From assembly GCA_965153285.1 (NCBI GenBank), contig OZ229115.1: a stretch of DNA of 64,000 bases; one strand, given 5' to 3'. Position numbers and translations under genes: made by a program. The notes beneath the pieces were generated by a model, which ran no database searches, was not told the origin of the DNA, and saw only the letters and a list, made by a program, of their open reading frames with translations. The stretch comes from Podarcis tiliguerta (lineage: Eukaryota). Below are positions 1 to 12,071 of this stretch, piece by piece. Each line of letters starts with the position of its first letter. The stretch's first letter is position 1.

Positions 1-1233
1 AGAAAATGTAAGTATTTGTGCAATAAATTCTATACAACATACTTACTCTCTGAGTAAAACCCAATGCAGTGCTAAGTCTCGCATTCCATCAGTGCAAGGA
101 TTTTACTGTGAAATGGAACATTATCCCCCTCTCCTCCTCCCATATGCCCCCTAAATCTGTTCCATGGGTTTCCCCAACCCTCTGGATTATATCTGGGGAG
201 GGTGTGGAGTAAGTGCTGAAGTGGGGGGGAATGTGGGGGGGGGGAAGAGCCCTGTAACACAAGTGGAAATTCTTTCACTAATGGGATGCAAAGGTTGAAT
301 GCCACCTGCTATAATTAAAAAAATGGATGCTGTCTTTTACTCCCATGTCATGTAGCAACATTCCAAGCATTCAAAAAGACAATACATCTTGCAAAAGAGG
401 ACCAAACACTTTGAAAACTGAGTAAGACTGCAAACCTAGTCCCACACTGCGCTGTTGAGACTCATTGGGTTGGCTCCTGCAGCACACCGGCTGAGTTCAA
501 TGTCAGGTCATCAGCCATTATTTCAGGGACAACCTTTCCAGTACTCACAGCTTGATATTAAAGCTCCAGCCCCTGTGTCATCTTTCTCCTTCAAATAAGA
601 CACTCCTGATTCCCATCTATAGGAACTGTCAGCCTTACAACACAGTTTAACATATGAGTTTGGCTTCCTTACTTCACTCTGACTGTCTAAATAGATTCAA
701 CCTGGGCTGAAACTAAGTAACTCTCTGGTATGCATGGGAAACATGTGGCTCTCCAGATGTTGCTGGACTACAATTCCCATCATCTCTGTCTCTTGACCAT
801 GCTTGCTGGGAATGATAAGAAGTGACTATACGAAGAGGCACAGGTCCCCCATCCCTGCTTTACAGGATGGGGTATTAACAGACATAGTAAGTACAGGAAA
901 AGATCAATGCTGATTCCTATTAACTTCGTAAAAGCAGAATTGAGACCAGTACTGCAAGACAAGTGAACTTGTCTTCGGCAAACTAAGACAGTAACATGAT
1001 TGTTTCCTTTAGTCAAAACACCTATGAGAAAACCTAGCTTCAAAACAAGCTATTTCAAACAAATTAGCAAACATAAGCATTATGGATCTCCCAAATGGAT
1101 CTCCAAGAAATGCCTCAATTCCATCTCACTGAAAAGTTTCAGCTACTTTCCTAACAGATTCCTCAATCTTCAATTACAGCCAATCTAGAATCCATCAGTT
1201 CCCCATGACACCATGCAGAAAGTGAGTACTGAC

Positions 1234-1389
1234 CCTCTGAGAGCACACTAGTGATGTAGATGCCTCGCAAGGAGGTCACATTGGTGAAGTCCGTCTCTCC
1301 CCCTGTGGTGGTATAGAGATGCCTTTCTAGGGACTTCGAATATATGATGCCTTGGTCATCAGAGGTGTAAATTGTCCCATACCCAGTAT
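1234..1389 (-). CDS. SORT1: Sortilin exon 10 (156 nt); gene continues past window start
   Basis: [52 protein letters not shown]; CAG acceptor, GTCAG donor. Confidence 0.97.
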
Positions 1390-1933
1390 CTGCAAGAAAA
1401 ACAATAGGTTGCAGGGGGTGAAGGTCTTCCAGAGAGTCCCTAAGGAACGGGGCTCTCATCTCAGTATTATCAACATCACCATTAATTTTAGATTACCAGG
1501 TCTAGAAAGATGGTAGGCCTATGCTTATGCCAATTTCAAAGCTGCCTAAAACTATTACAATAAACTGGATTAGGAAGTAAATAGGGACTATATGAAACAA
1601 ATGAACAGGGCCACAGGGTTCTTGACAGAACAAGAGTGAGAACAGCGGGGTCTCAAGTGTGTGGACGCAACTACAACTGTCCTTCCCTAAGGGATGATCT
1701 GGCAGTCTCTTCACCAAGTGTATGATTCAAATGCTTTATCATTATGAGTGCATATATGTTATTTCAAGGATTAACCTTAGGTGCCTATATGCTATACAGT
1801 TCATCTTCACATTTTAAGAGCTGGTTCTCTTCATGAACCATAAAAAGTTTTGCAACCCACATCAAATGCATGTTGAAATTCAGAACTTTTTACGATTTTT
1901 AAGTATACACCACACCAAACTCCCTTCTCTCAC

Positions 1934-2078
1934 CTCCAGGCTCATCTACATGCATGAATACCATGTCATCATTAGCTGCCAAGATAGAGTAAAACTGCTC
2001 TTGTCCAACTGAAGGAAGTTGTGCCATGTTCCAGGTTTCTCCATGATCCAATGACACATGGATTCGTCTTGTATTGCC
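1934..2078 (-). CDS. SORT1: Sortilin exon 9 (145 nt)
   Basis: [48 protein letters not shown]; TAG acceptor, GTGAG donor. Confidence 0.97.
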
Positions 2079-2785
2079 CTAGTGAAGGCAATGATAGTGT
2101 TGTTGAATTACTACCACATCCTACATACTATTGGTGTTTATATAGGAGGTTATTCCTGACGGATACCAGAAATTCACACTACATAGTCTTGATAGTATAC
2201 TAAATAAGTAATCCCCTTCAATAACTCGCTTATTTATCGACCTGATACTATATATTGGGATGGGAGCTGTAGGGGCACTTCCTCACTGCATAGTGAACTG
2301 TTATCTTTATTAAGGAGTGAAAACACTGAGTGGAATTTAACATCAAGCTCTTCCAGTCGTTCCATCTGTACAGGCATTCCAGGTTGCCATTTCTGCACTG
2401 TTTGAGGGTTTATCCTGACATCCCACCAAGCAAATTTTGGGGGGCACAGGAGTTGAGGGAGGGAAGCTCCGTTGCGCAAGTAGAAGTTCTTGCACAGGGT
2501 TTCTGCTGACAGGGCTGATTAAACTGAAAAATCAGTGGTGCTAAACCTTGGCCTGGATGCCTGATCAGTCAGCCACTTCTGGCCACTTCTACAGCTGGAG
2601 GGTCGGCCAAGGATGAAAATGGCCCTCAGACTAGAAAAAGCCACTTGCATTAAAAATGAACTAATATACATCAACATTCTTCAAATACTGGTTCCTTTGC
2701 TTTCTATCATAGAGGGGTGGGACCCACTGTAAACTAAACTCCTGGGGCCTATGGAAATAGAAAAAGAGAACAGTGAATTTCCTAC

Positions 2786-2916
2786 CTTTTCTGTCATCAC
2801 AGATGCAAAGAGGAAGCGTCCTCCAAGACCAAAGGAGTAGATTTTGCTTCCTATAGTCTTGAATGTCTTCCCAAAGTCTTTGGTCCTTTTCAGCTCAAGT
2901 AACCCAAGATCAGCTT
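2786..2916 (-). CDS. SORT1: Sortilin exon 8 (131 nt)
   Basis: (K)[43 protein letters not shown]; tandem AAG-AAG acceptor, GTAGG donor. Confidence 0.96.
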
Positions 2917-3729
2917 CTTGTGAAAGAGGAAGTATATGAACATTGTCACGATTAGAGAGATAGAGAAGCCCTCTTCATGAAATACACACAGCAAAGAGAT
3001 TTCATCCATTGAAGGGATTGCAAGGCCACACCACTGCCCCATAAGCCTGTAGTTTCCCATCCCTAAACCCCCCCTCCCCCGCAATGTCCCTGAAATGTCA
3101 ATGAGTCTGGAAACTTGCAGCAAAAAAAAAGTCTAATTGCATAGGCTACTCTTTTGCAGGCATCTGTGGTCAAACATGCAGGGGGTAGGCCTTAGGGGCT
3201 GGACTCTGCAACTGCTTCAACATGTGGTGCCCTTTTCATGTGAGTAATGTGTGAAAGTGCTGTAGAGCAAATGAAAAAAACAGCTTCAAAGGCCTTATTC
3301 TTTAAAGCAGGGCCATGCTAGGTCCATTTGAGGTGCTGGCTAGCCTGCACAGTGCTGATCTTGTTTAACACATAGGTATGCTGCTCTTCGGTTTAGCAGA
3401 ACTCCAAGGATGGCTCATAATAATAATAAAGCACAGTATCAAAATACAAAATAAAACTCAACATAACCCAAAATTTGAGCAACACCATCAGAAGAATCAG
3501 TAAAAATAACTGATTAAAGCCATCCAGCTTAGATTAGGGCCTCTGGTGAAGATTGTGTTATTTAAGCATGGTCAGTGAGAGAAGGTGTCCGTTACACATT
3601 GTGTTCCCAAACTGCTTAAAAAGGGTGAGAACCAGCACTTGAAGCCATTTTCAGAAATGGACTGTCCACAGGTGAGTTGTTAAAAACTAACATGTATCAT
3701 TATTACTTGTTGTACTTGGGAATACTTAC

Positions 3730-3779
3730 TACAAGAGCCATTCAGGAATGTGGTGAAGAAAATGGTCATGCCAGAGCCC
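3730..3779 (-). CDS. SORT1: Sortilin exon 7 (50 nt)
   Basis: GSGMTIFFTTFLNGSC vs human GSDNTIFFTTYANGSC; CAG acceptor, GTAAG donor. Confidence 0.95.
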
Positions 3780-4284
3780 CTGGAAAAAGTCAAGGGGAAG
3801 AACACTGAGAACAAAATCCTGAGAGCAAAGAAGCTAGCTAATTCAACAACTGGCAACAGAGAGCCACTTAATTGGAAAAGTCAGGGATGAAATCTGGGAC
3901 CCTCTATACAGAAGGCAGGTGCTCTACTGCCAATCTATTGCATCTACTCTCCAAACAGCCCTGGTACCCTGAAGGTGAAAATGATCCAAAGCTGGAAAAT
4001 TTAACACACAGCTACCAAGTTGCCCCTTTATATAGAGCTCTTCCTGCATATGCAAAGTGTTCAAGTACTGCAAACATCAGTGTATGCAGAAGGCATTACA
4101 GCAACTTTTCCAAAAAAGCACACAATACAAACATGACCACAAGAAGGGCTATTAGGGACCAAGAGAATTTCATCCCAAGGAGAGTTATCTTTCTGTTTTT
4201 GCAAGCAGCCAGCTCTAGTGTAATCAAGAGAACATTAAACTACTAACTCTCCCCGGGGAACATGTTTGTTTTTCAGCTGCTCAC

Positions 4285-4358
4285 CATTTGGCCAGGCAAA
4301 CATCTTTGTGTATTTCTTTCCATTTCTCACCAAAGGTCTTAGATACCCACAGGCTACC
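4285..4358 (-). CDS. SORT1: Sortilin exon 6 (74 nt)
   Basis: GSLWVSKTFGEKWKEIHKDVCLAK(W); CAG acceptor, GTGAG donor. Confidence 0.96.
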
Positions 4359-4429
4359 CTGAAAACATTAAGAAAGGATTATTCATCATCTGCTTAGCAT
4401 TTTCAAGTCTGAGCTAAAAATATTCATTA

Positions 4430-4910
4430 AAAAATATTTTAGCCCAGATTTCCATTGAAAATGCTCAAGGTGGTTTACAATCCAACCAACATATTAAAAA
4501 ATAAAATGCAAAATAATCGGTAAGGCAGAGAAAAGAGGCAGCAGAGAAAACATATCTAACATATCACAGAGAATAAGATTAGCAATTTGGTAGACCAATT
4601 TTTTGCCGGAAAATACATCTTTGCACAGCAGTGGAACACCATCAGAGAAGGGTCAAGATGTGACTCCCATTGAGAGAGTAACTGAAGTGTTGGTGAGCCC
4701 ACAGAGAAGGCTCAGTTGTGTACAGCCAAGAACAACTCAGATGTTGGCGAGACATGGAAGAGAACCTCCATAAAAGATTTTAAGGACAGGAAAGCTCATA
4801 TGGGAGAGGACAATCTTTTAAACATCCTAGTGTCAAATCATTTAGGACTTTAAAGTTCATTATCAACACTTTGAATTGGGGCCAGAAATGCAACAGAAGG
4901 CAGTAACAGT
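4430..4910 (-). mobile_element. L2 LINE 3' fragment
   Basis: Motifs aggactttaaagttcattatcaacactttgaattggggccag and caaggtggtttacaa, characteristic of squamate L2 3' ends; boundaries approximate. Confidence 0.55.
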
Positions 4911-5709
4911 CTGGACACAGTTTCTTGACCAGCTGAGGCTTCCGTACTTCAGTTCTGCCACTGAGTCAGACTGTATCTCTTAAATAAGCTTGATTCACCT
5001 ATATACAGAATCTCATAGTCCTGTTAGAAAAGAGCTTCATGTAGCCAATGCAATGAGTTTCATTTAAAATATACCCCACACTTTCATTATGTAACACAGC
5101 ACTTAGGGCAAAGCAGTAAGTATAACCGTACAACTGCTGTATTGATGAGACAGAAACTATGACGCTGCCAATTACTACCACAAGGGGTCACACAAGAGCC
5201 AAGCCCTCCTGCCCACCCACTCAAATATACATTAAGAGCCTCTCCAGACTGGGTGAATTCTGCAACATGTCACTGATGCAATAATTGTGGTGGATTGATA
5301 CTGGGCCATCCATCATTCCACTTTATTAGTTGTTCTGCAATGCTTACCCAGTATTACACCATTATTGCTGTTTGGAGCAGTACTCTTGGCACTACAGTAT
5401 CATAAAAACAGGACAAAAACTAAAGCAAAACATTTGTGGTATAAAAGGTTACAAGGATTTCAACAGGACATTATGGGAAAAGCTGAAAATGAAGCAGTGT
5501 ACCCACTCTAGAACTTTTTCAGGTTTAAACAGTATTGAAAGTGGGATCAGGGATAACAGCCCCAATACCATCGTAAGTCCAAATCATCATGAATGCATAA
5601 TAAAAAGGATGTCTGGAGGAGCCCTAAATGGCTTCTTGGAGCCTAGATTCAGTGCCTGAATTACCAGTGAATAAGTGAACCAACAGCTCTATTCTTCCCA
5701 AATCCTTAC

Positions 5710-5874
5710 CTCAATACTGAGGGCCAACAACAGATCAGAATTCTGAGGGTGATAAATTATTTGAGTTGAAGGATGGAAAGGAATATCTGTCAACTGGAAG
5801 TTCTTAGCAAAATCAGATGATCGAAATATTCTTCCTGTATGGTATGGTCTAGGTCTGTCCCCCGTCAGTATCAC
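5710..5874 (-). CDS. SORT1: Sortilin exon 5 (165 nt)
   Basis: [55 protein letters not shown]; TAG acceptor, GTAAG donor. Confidence 0.96.
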
Positions 5875-6787
5875 CTAGTCAGAAAAATAAAGATCAGTGT
5901 CCCTTCTCAACATATCTGTGCTTCGAGTTTATCACAAATAAAGAAGTCACCTGAAGCTATTTGAAACATTGCAGTTTTGAAGTTGGCAGAAACCAGAATA
6001 AAAATCCCAACTGTGTGGGAGAACAGAATTCCTCACTAACCCTTAGTGTTTCTTGTGCTTATGCTCCTTGTGCAAATTTGCTGTGCAAATTAGTGCAAAG
6101 GGACTGCTTCACTAGGATATGAGTGCTTAGCTGAACTCCATTAATTTTTTTAATACAATCTAAAAGGATGTAACATTTTTTCTCACATCCATCTGGAAGT
6201 CATGTGGGAATAAACCAAACCCATAAAGACCAAAGGAAACAGTGATGACCTGCATAAAACCAATAATGTTGGTGTAAACATTATTTCTGTTTCGGCAGCA
6301 AACTAACGAGTCCAGAAAAAGTAGTAGAAACCCTATAAACCACCACCAATCATTTGACTATTAGAAATATGTCTTATGCAACCTGCTTTAGGATCAAACT
6401 TTGTACAGCACACTACAGAATGTTCTGCCAAGGAAACTGAGCTGCTCTGAGGATGAGACTTTGTGAAAATCACACAGCCATGCCTAGAACACTGTGTGAT
6501 TGCGCAGGTACTGTAACGGTTTGGTTTAATCTACACTACAATCAGGTAAACTGGAAAAAGCAGGTAATGGCTCCAACATGCAACCAGGAAGCATCAAGCA
6601 GGATGCTATTTCTCAAGTTCATATAGCAAGTCAGTGGAGAGTAGGGTGGATAGGTAGGTAGGTAGAGATTTTGTGGCAGAAATCTGTATTCCATAGATAT
6701 GATATGATATGGACAACTAGGCTATATTGTGCAACACTGTAAACTTGTTAAGCAGCTGGAAAAATAGGAACAAAGCCCACATCCTAC

Positions 6788-6890
6788 CTTCCCCGAATTT
6801 TCTGGTCCAATGGCCATTCCAAATTCTGTCCGGATGAAAGTGTTGTTAATGAGATCCGTAATGTCTACGAAAGTTTTCCCATAGTCTTCA
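6788..6890 (-). CDS. SORT1: Sortilin exon 4 (103 nt)
   Basis: [34 protein letters not shown] with Asp-box (S-x-D-x-G-x-T-F); TAG acceptor, GTAGG donor. Confidence 0.97.
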
Positions 6891-7409
6891 CTACAGTGCA
6901 AAAAAAAAAAAAGACATTGTAAGTGTAAAAGCTCCTCAGTACAGGATAGTTTTGCAGATGCATTTGTGTCTGGAGGCCTCTTAAAACAATAGAACACACC
7001 AAAAAAATGATAGAAGGGACTAAACCATTTTATGGTCACCCTGTGGAGGTCACTTAACAGCCCTCGTAACCTTTGTTTCAATAATGTGGTGAGCCTATGT
7101 TTGTAGTAAAGTTTCTGACACTCGCAAAGTTGTTGAGATTTTTAAAGAATTTTTCACCCAAACACCAGGACCATAGCACCATACTGTGGGCTTGCCATAT
7201 TTCATAAAGTAAAAATCTAGGCACAAAAATTGTTGAGCTTCGGGAAAATCGCAAAAACAACAATGCTGATATGGGTTGCCATACCCCGGATTTTCTGCCT
7301 GGACCCTGCTTCCGCCTGCAGTGTTCCAGGTATGTCTGGGATATTCCAGATGTATGGCAACCCTACCATAGTAGCAACATCTGAACATGTAAAAACTAAT
7401 ACAGGATAC

Positions 7410-7790
7410 CTGTGAAACAGGCAGGACAGCTTCTTCAGATGATCACAGTGATCTGGCTGGTGTTAAAGTAGTTCTTAAAGTAACCTGGTACTAGGCCATT
7501 TAAGGCTCTGTACACTAAAAAACAGTATCTTGTACCTAGCTGAAAAACGTACTGGTGGCTAGGACAGGGCTTTCAGCACTGTTGTAATATGCTGATGCAG
7601 AACTCTTCTGCCCAAAAGCTGGGCTGTACTAGCTGCAATTTCCAAACCAACCTCTGGGATAGGCCCACATGCAGTGCACTGCAATAGTGCAGTCCAGGGG
7701 TTACCAAATCATGCACAACTGTGGCCAAGTTATCCCTGTCCCAGAACAGCCATACCTAGCATACCAGCTGAAGATGGAAAAAGGTCTTCA
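7410..7790 (-). mobile_element. L2 LINE ORF2 3' fragment
   Basis: Minus strand gives degraded LDYCxAL..GL..KLQ motifs typical of L2; boundaries approximate. Confidence 0.6.
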
Positions 7791-9483
7791 GTCTTTAATT
7801 AGCTAGAACATTGCTGCTTATGCTCTGTTTTTTTAAGGTAACCTATTACTTTCCCTACTCACTTTATATTGAATGTTTTAATACAACTCCTCAAAATGGA
7901 CACCTGCACTTCCTCCTTGAACTTTGGTTTGTAGACCATCTCCCCAGAGCTAACTGCCCATGCTTACAGCTCTCTGGCAACTTGTAAGAGAGTTAAACAG
8001 GAACGCGTTTGAGGTAGTGACGTAAAGCACTTCCAGCTTCAAAGCCAGGGAATCAATGGAGGTGCAAGGATGATCATTTATTAAAGGGAAGCCCCTCAGC
8101 AGAGAAAGTTGCTTGTTTATCGACAGCCAGTTACTAAAAATCCACAAAACAGCATTCAGTCTAAAAGGAGGAAACACTAGTGAAAGTAATCATGTGCTGG
8201 GGAACACCCAAGAGGGCAGAATGGACTTCGCCTGGCATCTACAAGAAAACAAAGGCAGGGCCAGGTAAATATTCCAAGGGAGGGACTTGTTCAGTGTGAA
8301 GCTCCTTGCTCTATATAGTAGCTATAATGTACAAACTAACCCTACAAGTTCCACATGTAACGAGCCAAGACTCCCATAAGAAGTCTTGGCCTCTTGCAAG
8401 ACTAACTCTACCCAGCCATGCTATCCCTACACTTTCAGAAGCCTCGAGTTAGAGACCTGCACATGGCAAAGAGTGCCTAAACTTTTTCTAAACTAATAAC
8501 AAAGGCTAGAGTCTTTCCCAGTTCTCTTTCTCAGGATACCTGGCATTTTAAATTTGTCACACTTTGTATATGTGAGCCATTCTTAAGCAGGGTCACTTGT
8601 AAGCCTATTCCAGCTGTCGAAATGGGCAGCAAAATTTGGTGAGTGCCTGAACTTCTCAGCTGCCCTTTACCTTTCCCAATGCTCCTGGGAAAAGGGGTGC
8701 CACCACTGCACACCACTCTTAGCAGATGCTACTCCTAGCCAAAGGGAATTGATCTTAAGACTTGCTGTCTGTGGTGCAACTGATTTTCTCCAGCTGCTAA
8801 AAAAGAGAAGCTCAGCCGCACCAAAGAAACAAGGAAGGAAAGATCTGTCTGGCTTCTGTCTGGCAAGGAACCACACCTAAAGAAAGTGCAGTTTGGACTG
8901 TGGTTCACACAAGCTCTATCCCAACAGGAAGCATGGGGAAAGATAAGAGAGGTGAGCTTTTCAAACCCTCTCAAGCTTCTTGACACCAGTAGCAGCAGTC
9001 AGTAAGGAGCTTACTCCTGTAGGATTTCCAACAGGCAGGCAGAAGGGGGATGGCTTATTTACAGTCCCTTAAGGCAAGCTAGATAATAAAGTAGCATATC
9101 CATTGCTTAAAAGGCAGCGATAACTGCCTCTGACAAAGAATACACCACTTAGTATATGACTTATTATTAAACCAGCAAATCCCTCCATGATTGCTCCTGG
9201 GCTTTTGGTCAGCTTGTGCCTCTTTACATGTCAGAAAGTTGGACTCTCCCAAGACAGGATAGACCTCAGGATGCAACACTGCCCACTTATTCAACCTGCT
9301 GTTCATCACTGGCTTTGTAAAGAGAGTGACCTGTCACTAGTTTAGAAGCCCTGTCCCTAACCACTGTACATAGGCAATGTGAGACTGCTCACAAATCCTC
9401 ATATATAAGAATGGGCAGCAAACTCTTGGCTTCATTACAATGTGCATTTCAGTTCATAGACTTTCACAACACAATGCTCTCAC

Positions 9484-9557
9484 CTTCTGTAGAGCTTAGA
9501 CTGCCCGAAACTCATGATTACCAGAGGTATCTGAAATGTGGTCAACACAAGAATAAC
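9484..9557 (-). CDS. SORT1: Sortilin exon 3 (74 nt)
   Basis: VILVLTTFQIPLVIMSFGQSKLYR(S); CAG acceptor, GTGAG donor. Confidence 0.96.
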
Positions 9558-11081
9558 CTGGAAAGAGAGAAACCTGTTAGCAACAATAGTCTGAGAACAA
9601 CAGCCAGCACGCACACTGTCTAAAAGCCAGGTAACCATCACATCCCAATAAGGACAAATTCACATATTTGGGGGTACATCACTGAGCTAACATAAGTTTA
9701 CGATTTTAACTGGGTTTATTTTGGCATGTTGGGTTGATGTCATGCATATTTCATCACAAGTACAAATCACAACACATTTTTAAAAAATGTTTCAGAAACA
9801 TTATAAACTTGTGTGGAAGGATTTATAAAGGTCAGCTGAATACACCAACATTCACTAGAATTCATTTTGCATTTATTTTTTTTAATGCTATGTCTTATCT
9901 TTGCAACTTCTTTTATTCTGTTTGATGACATTTTAGAAAAGCTACTTCTTAACAAAGTCACCCGTGCCTTGACATCCTAGCTTGAAGTGTCAAGGTGCTT
10001 TTTCCCTAAGAGAGAAAAACTCGCTTAATCCCTGGTACACATAATTGGCCTGACACAGGTTTCTTAGTTAATAGCTAATCTCTCTGACTATAGAACAATA
10101 TAAAATAAAAGATGCTACTGTAGCCCAAAATTGTACCATAATCCCTTTGTATATCCGCAGCCTGTTAAACCTGGTAAGTTAGGGCACATCATATTGCATT
10201 TTGGAATTATCACACATTGTCATAAAATTGGATTCTGAATCCAATTTTATCTTGCTCTTATCATGTTTCTCTAAGGCTGTCATCCAAACCCCACTTACCT
10301 GGAAGTAAGCCCCAATGAATTCAATAGGAAATAATTCTGAGTAGCCATGACTGGCATTGCACTGTTAGCCATTAGGCAAGAAGCAGAAACAGCTAAACTT
10401 TAACCAAAAGAGGAAGTTTGCTGATAAATAGTTTACTTAAAAAAAAATGGACAGCTGGACCACTCTGGCAGTTCAGCTGAGATATTAGTTCTATTAGGCT
10501 TCCTTCTCCCTCAACTGACACCTGGTATCAGTCATGCAACAGGATGCAGCAGAGGGAGAAATGGGAAGCAGAAACCAACAATATCTATATAGTGCAATTC
10601 TTCAGTATGCCTGGAACATTGGTTGTTGCTTACACTTTCAAAGAGAGATGCATTTCTCTGTGCCGGATGTGAAGAAAGAGGCGGTGAGTACTTCCTCCTC
10701 CTCGGCAAGACTTCAGTATTGAAGCAATTCTCACCTCAAGTCTGGATGGGCAGTTAGACACTTCTTACCAAATCCAGAGTGAGTCACCCAATATACACAA
10801 CACCTACACTGTGTCCCTTCTTCCTTGGCCATGAGTAGAAAGGTAATAGCTAAAAGAAGAACCCAAATGGCTTGCAACACCTACATCTGAAGAGGATCAT
10901 TATTCATGACCCATCAAACAGGAACAACCCTACTTTTCCATGTGGGAAGATTAAAGTAAAACTATCCATTATTGAGAGTACTGAGTCATGCACTTGGAGG
11001 AATTATTATTTCACGTGTTGTGCTTTTGTTCCTTTCGAAATTAATATTTAAAAATCCATTCAACCTATCTGTATTACTTAC

Positions 11082-11141
11082 CCCAGTGCTGTCACCAATC
11101 CAGGATAAAGTCACTGAGCCACTGAGATCATTGAAGACACG
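11082..11141 (-). CDS. SORT1: Sortilin exon 2 (60 nt)
   Basis: RVFNDLSGSVTLSWIGDSTG vs human [20 protein letters not shown]; CAG acceptor, GTAAG donor. Too short for the ORF track. Confidence 0.96.
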
Positions 11142-11845
11142 CTGTAAAAGCAATTAGAAATATAATTCAGTCCTCTAGTCTTCCATCCAGTGCCAGAAAG
11201 GAAACAGTCTCTCCCAATTTCCCCTTCACTCTAATCATGGTAACAAGCAGTTCCTGGACACAAATTTAGGATCTTTATAATCACATTGCCTCATATGTGC
11301 CCTATGTGAAAAATAATAGCTTACTGAGCTTCGGGGAACACAGCATACAACCCAGAAGCTGATCCAACAGCGTCTCTGTACTACTATGGTTTAGATTTAA
11401 TTTCCTATGCAAGGGTTTGAGTGGATGAAATTCTCATAAGCAAATGACCCAAAATAAGCTCTCCTGGATATGTCTTGCTGGCATTTAATATATTGCCATA
11501 TGGATCTTCAGTCCTTTTACTCAGGATATCACTGGATTTTTGCTGACTCCATAGAACTGGGGAAGAGAGTTCGTGCAGGGACTCCTCCCACAATCCTGTT
11601 CATAATAAAATCCCTCAAGCTGACATGTCAAGCAATAAGGAAGTGAGGTGCAGAATATAGTACTGTATATAGTTTTAGTCTCTGTAACCCATGAAGGTGT
11701 AGCTATCAGTGTAGAAGAGAAACTGGAAGCAGCAATGGCCTCATGGTTTTGTAGAGATTTCCTGAAACCAGTCCATGTAATTCTTGGAAATCCCTGAGTA
11801 TGTATCCACCAGGAGCTTTTGATCACTTTGGTTACTCTTCTATTA

Positions 11846-12071
11846 CAGTGGTACCTCGGGTTAAGTACTTAATTCATTCCGGAGGTCCATTCTTAACCTG
11901 AAACTGTTCTTCACCTGAAGCACCACTTTAGCTAATGGGGCCTCCTGCTGCTGCCGTGCCGCCGGAGCACGATTTCTGTTCTCATCCTGAAGCAAAGTTC
12001 TTAACCTGAGGTACTATTTCTGGATTAGAGGAGTCTGTAACCTGAAGCGTATGTAACCCGAGTTACCACTG
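11846..12071. mobile_element. Tc1/mariner (Tigger-like) MITE, family A
   Basis: TIR CAGTGGTACCTCGGGTTA ... taacccgagttaccactg with TA on both sides. Confidence 0.85.

Noticed and set aside
1-1233. Search for SORT1 exon 11
   Set aside because: No segment encoding the expected DNSIQ..ITFDQGG.W motif; the exon must lie beyond the window.
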